From an uncultured Thermoplasmata archaeon (GTDB taxonomy: Archaea > Thermoplasmatota > Thermoplasmata > Lutacidiplasmatales > UBA184): 64,000 bases of DNA. A model generated the notes under the pieces. It was given only the letters and a program-made list of their open reading frames with translations, had not been told where the DNA came from and did not search any database. Position 1 is the first letter of the stretch; each line of letters begins with the position of its first letter. The translations under genes and the position numbers were made by a program. Shown one piece after another: positions 30,566 to 40,275 of this stretch. The stretch is taken from assembly GCA_963713145.1 (NCBI GenBank), contig CAVQKI010000002.1, forward strand, positions 119,278-183,277, in the 5' to 3' direction.

Positions 30566-31822
30566 ATGGGGCGGAAGGCGGGCGCGCCCACCCGACCGTT
30601 GCGATCTTGTCCTCATTCCAAGGAAGTGAAGCGCGGGTACCTCGCCGCCGTAGTTAGCGGTCTTGTGATCGCTGTGGGGATCCTTTTGGGAGCGGCCCCC
30701 CAAGGTCCCCTCCTTGCCGGAGCTACCCCTCCCATCATCTTGCCGGCCAGCGAAGGGGTGATTTCGAGCATTCCGGTGGGCGTCGGCCCGTCGGGATTAG
30801 CCTACGACAGCGGGTTGGGAGAAATCTTCGTTGCGAACGTCCTTTCTCAGGATCTCAGCGTGATTTCGGATTCGACCAACACCGTCGACGCGACGATCGG
30901 GGCCCCGGGTGTCGATCCCGCCGTCGCGTACGACGACGGTTTGGGCGAGATCTTCGTCGCGGTCTCCAGCCTGAGCCTCGTTAGAGTCCTTTCGGATTCC
31001 AACAACTCTCTCGTGGCCACGATTCCCGTGGGCCTCGACCCGGCCGGTCTGGTGTACGACAGCACGATTGGAGCGGTCTTCGTGACGGACCTGGGGGAGA
31101 ACAATGTGAGCGTCATTTCGCACGCCCTCAACACCGTGGTGGTGACGATTCCGGTGGGCCAGACTCCTAGAGCTATCGCGTTCGACAGCGGCCGAGGTGA
31201 GATCTTCGTCGCCAACACGGTGTCAAGCAACGTGAGCGTCATCTCAGACGCCACCTTCTCGGTCGTGGCCACGATTCCGGTGGGCGGAGAGCCAACGGGT
31301 CTGGCATATGACGGTGGGAAAGGCGAGGTCTTTGTAACGGACCAGTCGGCGGGGGGGCAGGTTAGCGTAATCTCGGATTCTAACAACTCTGTTGTGGCTA
31401 CGGTCCCGGTGGGCGGTACACCCTGGGGTCTGGCGTACGATGGCGGACTGGGCGAGGTGTTCGTCACAAACGAAGGCTCGAACAACGTCAGCCTGATCTC
31501 GGACAGGACGAACGCTGTCGTGGCGACCATCCCGGTGGGCCATCAGCCCGAGGCCGTAGTCTACGACAGCGGGAAGGCTGAGGTTCTTGTCGCAAACGCC
31601 GGCTCGAACACGGTCGGCTTCCTCGCTAATGAATCCTCCTCACCAGGCGGCGGAAGCGCCCCCGGACTCGCAGGACCCGACGGCTATGCCATCGGGGGAG
31701 GCATCGGGGTCGCTGCCGGAGTGCTAGTCGGGATAGGAGTCGGGTCCAGGCTCAGACGGGGACCGAGATCCGGCAACGCGGGGATGGACCGGCCCTTGTC
31801 ACCACCCCCAGGTCCTTCGTGA
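30566..31822 (+). CDS. YVTN-family beta-propeller surface protein 1
   Basis: ATG 30566 gives an N-terminal anchor (YLAAVVSGLVIAVGILLGA). About 8 repeats of the type GxxPxGLAYDxxxGEVFVxNxxSNNVSVISDxxNxVVATIPVG follow, then a C-terminal TM helix and a basic/Pro tail. Confidence 0.8.
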   Translation: MGRKAGAPTRPLRSCPHSKEVKRGYLAAVVSGLVIAVGILLGAAPQGPLLAGATPPIILPASEGVISSIPVGVGPSGLAYDSGLGEIFVANVLSQDLSVISDSTNTVDATIGAPGVDPAVAYDDGLGEIFVAVSSLSLVRVLSDSNNSLVATIPVGLDPAGLVYDSTIGAVFVTDLGENNVSVISHALNTVVVTIPVGQTPRAIAFDSGRGEIFVANTVSSNVSVISDATFSVVATIPVGGEPTGLAYDGGKGEVFVTDQSAGGQVSVISDSNNSVVATVPVGGTPWGLAYDGGLGEVFVTNEGSNNVSLISDRTNAVVATIPVGHQPEAVVYDSGKAEVLVANAGSNTVGFLANESSSPGGGSAPGLAGPDGYAIGGGIGVAAGVLVGIGVGSRLRRGPRSGNAGMDRPLSPPPGPS

Positions 31823-31994
31823 TGAAGGCAGGGGCGGCAACTCGGGTTCGTGGCCCAACGCGTGTACAACCATCTCTCAGGGAAGACCGAGAGACCGTCA
31901 ACTCGCCGGAAACCAGTGGTTTGTCAAACCAACGGACCCTCTCCCGAGAACCTGCGGGAAAGGAGGGTTGGCTCCGGTTCTCCGATTGGGCGGG

Positions 31995-33917
31995 TCAGCG
32001 TCGCCCGCCCCCCGGGGGCAATCCCACCTTGCGGCAGAAGTCCCCATAGCGAGGGTCCTTCCTCAACCGATCAAATGTCGGGTGGACCCCGATGAGATAC
32101 GGCCAGTTATGGCCCTTCGCGAGACCGGACAACGCGTCAAACGCTCCGTCGAGATCGCCCAGCGCTGCCCGAATATAGAGCTCAACGTGAGTCCCAGAGT
32201 ACTCGTCGGAATCCTTCTTCAATTCCCGGAGGACCTGCAACGCCTCCTTCCTTTTCCCGAGGAGGGCCCACAGAACTCCCAGGTCCCCCCGGAGGGACGC
32301 GTCGCGGGGGTGCGTCTTCAATCCCGCTTCGAGCACCGCGGTTGCCTTGGAAAAATCCCCGGTCAGGCGATAATACTCTGCCATGCCGTCACAGATTCGA
32401 GGGTCATGAGGATGCAATCGGTCAATTCGGCTTAGGATGCCAAGCGCCTCGTCGCCCCGACCGGCCAGCTGGGCCAACCACGCCAAATTCACGGCGACTC
32501 GGATTGCCAGAGGGTCGAGCTCGTGGGCCCTCTGGAAGGCGGCAAGACCTTCGTCGAGTCTGCCTATCGAGGCGCGCATCTGGCCCAGGGTCTCGTATGC
32601 TCCGCACAGGCTCGGGTTGATCTCGATTGCCCGCTGGGCTTCAGCAATCGCCTCCTCGAACCGATCCAGCATGGCATGAATCTCTGCCAACGCCGCATGA
32701 GCGTCCGCCGAATCGGGGGCCAGGGCGAGAGCCCTTCGAGCCGCGGGCTCAGCTTTGGCTATGCCGGAATCCCAGGCCGCCCAGCTCCCCGAGACCAGAC
32801 TGTTCCAGGCGCGAGCGAGACCCGCGTGAGCACGCGCGAAGTTGGGATCCCTTTCGATCGCGCGCTCAAACAGCCGGACAGCCTCCTTCAAGGTGACTTC
32901 CGAGTCCTCGTTCAGCAGCTGGAGCCCACGAAGGAAGAGGGTGTAGGCCTCCAGGTCCGGAGTATCGCCGAGGTTCGCCTTCCCGAACACACCCCTCTCG
33001 AGCGAGCCCGCGACATTCGTGGCCACATCGGCTTGGATTGCGAAGATGTCGTTCAACTCCCGGTCGTAGGTCTTCGCCCACAGGTGCCGTTCAGAGCCCA
33101 CATCAATCAACTGAGCCACGATCCGGAGCCGATTCCCGGCCTTGCGCACGCTCCCCTCGATGATGGAAGTAACACCCAGTTCCGCCCCTATCTGCGATAC
33201 CGTCTTGGTGGTCCCTTTGTATTGCATGATTGACGTGCGAGAGATCACTCGAACCTCTTTCAACCGGGAGAGCTCGGTGATCAGCTCTTCCGTAAGCCCG
33301 TTAGCAAAGTACTCGTCGTTGAGGTCGGGGCTGATGTTGGTGAACGGCAAGACGGCGAGGCCGTTAATCCCATCCCCCGCCCTCGAGCGCCCAGGACGGG
33401 GCCAGGGAAGTACAACGCGGTAGAGGTCAATGGGCGTCTTGACGTTCTTGAGTGAGGAACTCTCGAGCTTTTCGAACTGGCTCGGGACCTTGTTTCGGAC
33501 CTGATCAAACACGGCACTCGACACACAGACCCCACCCGGCGCTGCGCGCGGGCCAATTCGAGCGGCAATGTTTACCGCGTCTCCGAATATGTCGCGCCCC
33601 CGGCGTTCTACATCCCCGAGGTGCACCCCGATGCGAAGCTCGACGGGGGCGCCGCCTGACCGGGCATTGGGATCGCTCATTTGACGCTGGATTTCGATCG
33701 CGCATTCGGTCGCTTCTAAGGCGCTCCCGAATTCGATCAAGGACCCGTCTCCTGTCGATTTTATCTCCCGACCGTTGTAGGTCATAAGAATCGTTCGAAC
33801 GAGTTCTTCCTGCTCCTTGAGCAATCTCAGAGCGTCGGCCTCGTTGGCCTGGGCTGAGGTCGTGAATCCGACCAGATCGGTGAACATGATGGCCGCGAGC
33901 TTGCGAGTGGAGGCCAC
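31995..33917 (-). CDS. Class III adenylate/guanylate cyclase fused to TolB_N-like and TPR domains
   Basis: 640 aa. The cyclase core is AAIMFTDLVGFT ... STGDGSLIEF ... RIGVHLGDV ... DIFGDAVNIAARI. Then comes LAVLPFTNISPDLNDEYFANGLTEELITELSR (TolB_N-like), then multiple TPR-like helices to the C-terminus. Confidence 0.8.
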   Translation of the reverse strand: MASTRKLAAIMFTDLVGFTTSAQANEADALRLLKEQEELVRTILMTYNGREIKSTGDGSLIEFGSALEATECAIEIQRQMSDPNARSGGAPVELRIGVHLGDVERRGRDIFGDAVNIAARIGPRAAPGGVCVSSAVFDQVRNKVPSQFEKLESSSLKNVKTPIDLYRVVLPWPRPGRSRAGDGINGLAVLPFTNISPDLNDEYFANGLTEELITELSRLKEVRVISRTSIMQYKGTTKTVSQIGAELGVTSIIEGSVRKAGNRLRIVAQLIDVGSERHLWAKTYDRELNDIFAIQADVATNVAGSLERGVFGKANLGDTPDLEAYTLFLRGLQLLNEDSEVTLKEAVRLFERAIERDPNFARAHAGLARAWNSLVSGSWAAWDSGIAKAEPAARRALALAPDSADAHAALAEIHAMLDRFEEAIAEAQRAIEINPSLCGAYETLGQMRASIGRLDEGLAAFQRAHELDPLAIRVAVNLAWLAQLAGRGDEALGILSRIDRLHPHDPRICDGMAEYYRLTGDFSKATAVLEAGLKTHPRDASLRGDLGVLWALLGKRKEALQVLRELKKDSDEYSGTHVELYIRAALGDLDGAFDALSGLAKGHNWPYLIGVHPTFDRLRKDPRYGDFCRKVGLPPGGGRR

Positions 33918-34269
33918 GCTTCACAGATTGAATCCGTGGGACTAAGCTCCCGCCCCTGCGATGGACCCTTGGACCCGGGCCCAAACGAGCAGCTTCCGTA
34001 AGCTCCGTGCCGACCTGCGGTCGAGGTGCAGAGAACCTGTGTGGGTTGTAGAACCCCCGGAACGTTTGGGAAGGGTGTGATGGGGGAGATACAGCCCGTC
34101 GCCGGAGTTCTCTTGTTGATTGGTGGGCTCGTCGTGCTTCTCGCCTCCCACGGGGGTTTCGGCTACCGCGAGGGCGCACCGCTCGCTGGGAGCGGGACTG
34201 CCCTGCTGGCGTGGGGATCCGATGCCAGGAATTCCGCCGCTCCGCAGAACTAAGCGATTCGGGCCAGCC

Positions 34270-34447
34270 CGAGAACTCGGTGCCTCCAGAGAGAACGGGA
34301 GCTCATTGGATGGGGGCCCGGACCTCGTCGAACTACATGAACTGGGATGAGGCACAGGAGGCCCTCCGCCTGGCAGTCCGGCGGCTCGATCGGTTCCACT
34401 GTGTAGCAGATTCACGTCCCGTACGCCGCTGGTGGACACGGCAGTAA
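34270..34447 (+). mobile_element. 3'-terminal remnant of an IS630-type element
   Basis: The ORF 34211..34447 tail SSNYMNWDEAQEALRLAVRRLDRFHCVADSRPVRRWWTRQ aligns with the C-terminus of the intact transposase (RTNYTDWGEVDRVVRASIRRLNHAHCVTNSRPALRWWTRH). The DNA end cgctggtggacacggcagtaa resembles the terminal repeat. The 5' limit is approximate. Confidence 0.6.
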
Positions 34448-34657
34448 AGGAGCCTCCCGGCACGGATGACTGGAGTCCCGTCGATCGCGATTTCGGAGCC
34501 GGCGAGCAATCCAGCGCCCCCTGGGCACCCCTGGCTGGGCGGACGAGATTGGAACGCCACGCCACAGAGCGCGGGGCCCCGCGAGGTGGCAAAGTGGATA
34601 TGGGAGGAGTTCATCGCTAGTACAAATCCGGTAGCCGCCGGAGGGCATCGAAGGAAA

Positions 34658-36058
34658 ATGCGGAGCGCAATCGGGGCCACGGTGTTGATCGTGATGGCGA
34701 CGTTGGCTCTCAGCGTCGCTTCGGCGCACGCGAACGGCCCGCTCCCGCTTCCAGTAACGGTGCCCGCCGTCGGTCCGCCCGAAACGTCGATTCCGGTAGG
34801 GACCAATCCGATCGCCGTGGCGTTTGATCCCGCCACCGGCTCCGTTTACGTTGCCAACGAGGGATCCGACAACGTGACCGTGATCAACCCGATAACGAAC
34901 ACGGTCGCTGTTGCGTCGATCGTTGTCGGCACGGGCCCCATAGGCCTTGCCTACGATCCTACCAACGGGTATGTCTACGTCGCCAATCACCTTTCGGGGA
35001 ACATAACGGCAATCAACGGAAGGACAAACAGCGTCGCCGTCCCATCCATCTCCGTCGGGGCCGACCCCTGGGGGATCGCATTCGACAGTTCCAACGGCTA
35101 TCTTTACGTGGCCAACGAAGGTTCGGACAACGTGACGGTGATCAATGGCGCGACAAACGCGGTCGTCGTCCCTTCGATCCCGGTAGGAACGGAGCCGATT
35201 GGCATGACGTTCGACAGTTCCAACGGCTACGTGTACGTGAACAACTTTGGGTCGGGCAATGTAACGGTGATCAACGGGGCCACCAACAGGGTGGTCGTCC
35301 CTTCGATCACCGTTGGGACCGAAGACCAGTTTGGCTCTCTCGACCCGGTGAACGACACGCTCTTCATGTCCAGCTACACGGGCAACAACGTCACGGTGAT
35401 CAGCGCTGCCACCAACAAGGTGGTCGTTTCTTCGATCGCCGCGGGCAGCGGCCCTCGAGCTCTCGGGTTCGATACCCTGAACGGGTACGAGTACGTGGCC
35501 GACTGGGCTGGGAGTACAGTCACGGTCATTAATGCCGCGACCGGCGAGGACGTAGGTGCCGCGATTCCCACCGGGACCTACCCGTTCGGGATTGCTGTCG
35601 ACACGACGAACGGTTACGTGTATGTGCCGAACCAAGACTCGGATAACGTCACTGTCATCGCCCCCAGCTACGTGATCGGAAGCGGGTCCTCCGGAGGATC
35701 GGGCTCTTCGGCGTCGATCCTTGGCCTGAGCGGCGCGGGGGCGGATGTGGTGGTGGCTCTGCTCGTTGTGTGGGGTGTCGGGGGCACGGTCGCCGCGGTC
35801 GTCCTTTCAAGGAAGCACCGCGCGCCCGGAGAGCTCCACCCGGCGAGCCCCCCACTCCCCCCACCCCACCCCCTGGTTCTACCTAGTAGAACTGGTCCGA
35901 GAACATTCCCGGTGGGCAAGGGATTGGGGAGGGTCACCCTTCGCGCGGAGCGCGAGCGGGCGAGTCCGGCCCAAGCCCGTGTATCTCCTGTAGCGGTCCT
36001 TGGTCCAGAACCAGACCGGTTCTGTAGGGTCTACCCCGACGGGTACTTCGAGGCGTAG
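34658..36058 (+). CDS. YVTN-family beta-propeller surface protein 2
   Basis: ATG 34658 gives the signal peptide MRSAIGATVLIVMATLALSVASAHA. About 9 YVTN repeats follow (GxxPxGxAFDxxNGYVYVANxGSDNVTVINGxTNxVVxxI), then a Gly/Ser linker, a TM helix and a Pro-rich tail. The last ~60 codons are low-confidence. Confidence 0.8.
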   Translation: MRSAIGATVLIVMATLALSVASAHANGPLPLPVTVPAVGPPETSIPVGTNPIAVAFDPATGSVYVANEGSDNVTVINPITNTVAVASIVVGTGPIGLAYDPTNGYVYVANHLSGNITAINGRTNSVAVPSISVGADPWGIAFDSSNGYLYVANEGSDNVTVINGATNAVVVPSIPVGTEPIGMTFDSSNGYVYVNNFGSGNVTVINGATNRVVVPSITVGTEDQFGSLDPVNDTLFMSSYTGNNVTVISAATNKVVVSSIAAGSGPRALGFDTLNGYEYVADWAGSTVTVINAATGEDVGAAIPTGTYPFGIAVDTTNGYVYVPNQDSDNVTVIAPSYVIGSGSSGGSGSSASILGLSGAGADVVVALLVVWGVGGTVAAVVLSRKHRAPGELHPASPPLPPPHPLVLPSRTGPRTFPVGKGLGRVTLRAERERASPAQARVSPVAVLGPEPDRFCRVYPDGYFEA

Positions 36059-36123
36059 AGAAGGCGTGCCTTCCGTGAATTGAGGCCCCGACCTCCACGC
36101 CTAATCCCATCGAGGCCTCTCCC

Positions 36124-36891
36124 GTGGCGAGCTTCTCGATGCGTGCCAGCGGTGGAATTGCGCCTGCGTCAATCGCCGTCGGCGTTGCGCTTGGACTCGT
36201 CGTTTCACTGTTCGGGCTTTCAGGAAATTGGACCCCGTTCGAGCACACTGTCTGCAACACGGGATCGATCCTCTCGAATGAGCCCGATCGCTTCTTTCCG
36301 TCTGTTTTCGCGAACTCACCGTACGGCGGCTCTGCCGACGGCCAGAGTGGAGCATCCGGTGTAATCGTCGACAACGGGACGGCCGGAGCCGTCTTCCAAG
36401 AACGTGTCAACGCGAGCCTGTATTCAGCTCATAACTCGAGTTCGTGGGGGCCCGGAGTAAACGACCCCTGTGAAGGGCCGATGGCCCTGGTCCTGCAGGT
36501 GGATATCATTGGAGCCGGCACGGTGCTGGTTCCTACTGTCTCGAATCTGACCGATGCGGGCGAGGCTACCAACGTGTCAGCAGGAGACACACCCTTGAAC
36601 CTGTCCACTCTGGCGTTCTTCAACAATAGTTTCACGGGCGCGAACGCGGCGACCATCTCGACATGCGGTGGTGGCGCGTTAGAGCTCCCAGACCAAACCG
36701 CGCATCTCAAGGTCGGGATTCCATTCGACGTCCACGGTCAGACCGTTGTCGTACCGTACGAACTCCACGCGCTCGAGACTTTCTCCTACACGTTCCCCGC
36801 AAACTTCGGAACCTGGGCCGTCGACAATCTTTCCGAACCGGGAGGCCCTGGTGGTGGCTGGGCGTTTGACTACCTGGGTCCGTGTCTCTAA
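36124..36891 (+). CDS. N-terminally anchored secreted protein, unknown family
   Basis: 255 aa with an N-terminal helix (IAPASIAVGVALGLVVSLFGL) and many N-x-S/T sequons (NAS, NSS, NLT, NVS, NLS, NNS). I recognise no domain. Confidence 0.55.
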   Translation: MASFSMRASGGIAPASIAVGVALGLVVSLFGLSGNWTPFEHTVCNTGSILSNEPDRFFPSVFANSPYGGSADGQSGASGVIVDNGTAGAVFQERVNASLYSAHNSSSWGPGVNDPCEGPMALVLQVDIIGAGTVLVPTVSNLTDAGEATNVSAGDTPLNLSTLAFFNNSFTGANAATISTCGGGALELPDQTAHLKVGIPFDVHGQTVVVPYELHALETFSYTFPANFGTWAVDNLSEPGGPGGGWAFDYLGPCL

Positions 36892-36894
36892 CGG

Positions 36895-37482
36895 GTGGAT
36901 TGGATGAAGGCCGAGGCTGATGCCGCGGCACGAATCTTCGATCTCGAGTCCCTTAGGGCTGCGGACTACCCCCTCGCCAAGCGAGTGACGAGAGCGATCT
37001 TTCTCGTATTCGCTGCGGTTGTTGTAGCACTTGAGGTCCTACCTCCGCCGGCCGGATACACATCGAACACGCTTGCCGCCGATTCAGTCGGGGGAGCATT
37101 TGCAGTCCTGTCCTTGTGGGCATTCTTCGCCCTTGCCCCTGGGCCAGTCCGAATCCGAGTCGGCCCCTCGACAAGCCTTCTCGAGTATCAGAGCGGACGT
37201 GTCCGTGAGATTGACTTCAGGCGATCTGGGGTTCGCCTCAAGGCCCAGGTCTATCCGGACGATCTCCCCCCTCCATTGCACTATATTCTCGGGGGCCTCC
37301 CCTACTGGAACCCTATCTCTCGCGAAGCATTTGAGGAGCTTCTGACGAAGGCCCGGGACTTGGGCCTCCAGGTAAGTGAGCAAGACCTCGGTTCGGACAG
37401 CAGATGGGGCGTGACACCCAAATCCAAGCGAGTCCTCATATCAGGATCGCATAGTGCCGCTGTAGATTATTCAGCGCGATGA
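36895..37482 (+). CDS. Hypothetical two-helix membrane protein
   Basis: 195 aa. It starts 4 nt after the previous stop (GTG 36895 or ATG 36904). Helices: AIFLVFAAVVVALEVL and AFAVLSLWAFFALAP. Confidence 0.5.
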   Translation: MDWMKAEADAAARIFDLESLRAADYPLAKRVTRAIFLVFAAVVVALEVLPPPAGYTSNTLAADSVGGAFAVLSLWAFFALAPGPVRIRVGPSTSLLEYQSGRVREIDFRRSGVRLKAQVYPDDLPPPLHYILGGLPYWNPISREAFEELLTKARDLGLQVSEQDLGSDSRWGVTPKSKRVLISGSHSAAVDYSAR

Positions 37483-38243
37483 GTGTGTGCCGCCTGGGAA
37501 AGGAACGCCAATCGAGCTGACCCCCCGCTGTTTGGCGGATCTAAGATGGACGCACTCCAGACCAAACTAGGCACCCGAGGAGTGACTCGTCCACTCCCGG
37601 TTGAGCGACCCAGATGCGCTACGTCGACGAACCCCCTCGCTCGTAGTCATCGACGTCATGATTGTAATCGGCGTAGTAAGGGGTAGCTTGGCTACCCCTG
37701 AGCAGAGCTGCGCAAGACAAGAACAGAACCCCGCAGTTGGTGCAACGGTATCCGCCGGACCAAGCCATCCCTTGCAGAGTACCAGTGTACGACCCTCTCC
37801 CCCCAGGAGCGATTGTCGAGCATGACTCGTGCCACTTGTCTCCTACGACCGGCGACTCGGCCGCGGCTGACCCTGATTTAGCTGGGGACTTGCAGTTAGA
37901 ACAGGCGGGTTCCGGTGGCACTTCCCAGTGGAGCGAACTAGGCCTATTCTTGTTGGTGGCCGGGGGCAGACGGAACCGTGCCCATTGGATCAGTGAGGGG
38001 TGTCCTCTCCGGTGGCGAGCTGCATGGGGAGTAACCAGGATTTCGCGGCAACCATCCTACTCGTTCTTAGGGGCGCTAATGGGTACGGGCAGACCATTGC
38101 TCTGCATGATGGACATCGGGAATGCTCGATAGGACAGTGAGCTCTTATCGGGGGGCCCGGTACCCGACGGAGATAGCCCCCCTTCCCAAGAGCTGACGTG
38201 TCGCGACACCGACGGCGATGGGCCTACCGCGTAACTTAATGCC

Positions 38244-38688
38244 TTGTGTGACCATAAGATATGTGCCATGCAGCACCAAGCAGCCTGCCTAGCTCTGGGC
38301 GTCGCAGTTGGCATCATCATTGCTGGGGTCGCTGTCACGCTTGGAGGCAGGGCGGCATCGGCTCCTTGGTCGGTAGAAAGGGTCCTCTATCCTGCCGGAA
38401 CAATTCTCCTGGTCCCCGAGTCTCCATTGGCGACATTCGACGTGCCCTAGCCAAGGTGGAGTGCTAGTCGGCTCGGCCGCCGTTGACCATACGTCAGTTA
38501 CTCTTTGGGTCCTACCAGCAAATGTCTCGTTGTCTATAGGCTGTCCGGCGTACTCGGGGTACAACGGGACCGCATGGACTTACTCAGTGAATGAATCTCT
38601 TCAACCCGGCGCCTACGAGTGGGGCGCCGAGTGCGGTGGGTTTGCGAACGTTACGATTACGCAGCCGCTTGAGCTTCTGACCCCTTAG
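38244..38688 (+). pseudogene. Small anchored, sequon-rich protein read in two frames
   Basis: ORF 38244..38450 has an anchor helix (ACLALGVAVGIIIAGVAVTL). ORF 38461..38688 (another frame) has NVS, NGT, NES and NVT sequons and Cys pairs. Whether these are one gene is uncertain. Confidence 0.3.
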
Positions 38689-39138
38689 GATAATAGCGCG
38701 GCCGCGCGAGGGACGTGCGGTCCCGTGGTGGCGGAGTACTACGTCCCGCTCCCGCACAGCGGAGAGCAATCCGATTGGTGCCTCGACCAACGCTGTGGAC
38801 AATCCCACTCTTTCGAGATCGGTGAACTGGGTCACAAAGGATCGCTCGGGTAGTCGGCTGAGCCCTTGGGTTTCGGACGGGTGAGTCATTCTTCTTGATT
38901 CTGGTGATGGAATTGGATCCGATTTCGGACCCAACTCCGTCTGGTCGATTGACACCGGTTCTCAGCGCCGACGAATGAGTAACTGCGAGGGAAAGACGAG
39001 AGCGCTTGGCCAGGGTTCGACCCCCTAGATGCCTAGCCCTAGGGGCTTAGCTCGGCCCAAACGGTTCCCGGGTTGGAATTCCAAGCCAATCTCCCTCGTA
39101 TGTACTTGGAAGGCATCCCTCCGTCGAGGACATTCAAT

Positions 39139-40275
39139 ATGCAACCTTCAGCCATCGAACGTCCCACCTCCTTCGGCAGACCCTTCCGTCTTGCGAAGCC
39201 CCGCTTCCTGCCCAGAACTCTGATAGGAGCCGCTTTGATTGTGGCGGTCGCTATGCTCTCAAACGCAGCGTCGGCTGCGCAAACTGTACCGAACCAAGTG
39301 TTCGGCCCTCCGCCGCTACCTACCGGTGACTACGTCGACCTAGAATGCGTCCACGGCGAGATTACGCTGAATGGAACAAAGGCTTGCCTCGACCAAACCA
39401 TCGTCCAGATTTATTGGGGTCCCGCTGACGGCCACACGTATTGGTATTGGGTAGCTGCTGAGCCGGACTCGGGCTATGTTTTCCACAACTGGTCTGTCCC
39501 AGCAGGCGTCTGTCTGCCGCCCCCTGGGAGCTGTCATGGAACCTCCACGGTCGATCCTGTGAACCTCTCATCGAGCTGCCCGAATGGTCAACACTGCGGC
39601 TCTGGCACTGTAGTAGTCACGTTCGTGACGATTCCCACCCCGAAGACCCAGTATAACTGGGCGGGCTACCTAATAACCGGTTCCACTGGTAGTTTCATAC
39701 AGGTCTCAGGATCGTGGATTCAACCTTCAGTTTCATGCAACGCAACAAATGCTGACGCCTCAACTTGGGCTGGAATCGACGGCTATGTGACGTCAGGAAC
39801 GGGACCGATCCCTGAGCAGGGCGGTACAACCGCATGGTGCATAAGTGGCGCGGCAAGCTACGTCGCATGGTACGAGGACCCCCTCACGTCTGGTTTTGTC
39901 AACATAACGGGGTCCGGTTACACCGTCAAGGCGGGCGACAGAATCACTGCGAACGTTACATACAGTCCGAGCACAGGTTACTTCGTGATTACGGTTATGG
40001 ATAAGAATCAGAGCTGGAGCTACTCGCCCACGGCTTTCACTGATTCGGGAGCGCTGGAGAATTCGGCGGAGTGTATCACCGAGCGGGTTCTGTTGCCAGG
40101 GGGACCACACGACTACGGCTATCTGGCTGACATGGGCACAGCGAAATTCGGCCTTCATTACTCAGGCACATTTGGATGCAGTGCGAACGGGACCACCTCG
40201 TGGGGACCTTTCGGCGGCTTCAGAACTCTTACCGAAGTTGAAATGGTGAGCTATCCCTCCGGTTCCTCCCCCTAG
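39139..40275 (+). CDS. Peptidase G1 (eqolisin/scytalidoglutamic peptidase family) with an N-terminal Cys-rich extension
   Basis: Signal/anchor LIGAALIVAVAMLSNAASA. The G1 core is YNWAGYLITG ... STWAGIDGY ... IPEQGGT (candidate catalytic Gln) ... YVAWYEDP ... AGDRITANV ... SAECITER (candidate catalytic Glu). The preceding ~110 aa contain AEPDSGYVFHNWSV (InlB-B-repeat-like). Confidence 0.8.
   Translation: MQPSAIERPTSFGRPFRLAKPRFLPRTLIGAALIVAVAMLSNAASAAQTVPNQVFGPPPLPTGDYVDLECVHGEITLNGTKACLDQTIVQIYWGPADGHTYWYWVAAEPDSGYVFHNWSVPAGVCLPPPGSCHGTSTVDPVNLSSSCPNGQHCGSGTVVVTFVTIPTPKTQYNWAGYLITGSTGSFIQVSGSWIQPSVSCNATNADASTWAGIDGYVTSGTGPIPEQGGTTAWCISGAASYVAWYEDPLTSGFVNITGSGYTVKAGDRITANVTYSPSTGYFVITVMDKNQSWSYSPTAFTDSGALENSAECITERVLLPGGPHDYGYLADMGTAKFGLHYSGTFGCSANGTTSWGPFGGFRTLTEVEMVSYPSGSSP

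Noticed and set aside
34412-35635. A 407-aa ORF antisense to the YVTN-2 gene. Similar long antisense or alternate-frame ORFs occur at 7674..8690, 19263..20186, 25223..26629, 30847..31530, 42108..42908, 42739..43845, 44533..45831, 45832..46440, 57266..58066 and 62843..63979.
   Set aside because: Their compositions are Arg/Pro/Gly/Asp-biased with no motifs, and each shadows a strand or frame that carries clear family signatures. Stop-poor antisense frames are expected at this GC content and codon bias.
37619-37921. A 100-aa minus-strand ORF with CSNCKSP and RCTNCG motifs as a zinc-ribbon protein.
   Set aside because: The motifs are suggestive, but the rest is low-complexity and there is no promoter-like box. 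Support is too weak to annotate, so it is mentioned only under the orphan-cluster finding.
39013-39025. GGGTTCGACCCCC, another T-arm-like string upstream of the G1 peptidase gene.
   Set aside because: There is no complementary stem beyond GGG/CCC and no cloverleaf context. It is probably a chance match in GC-rich DNA.
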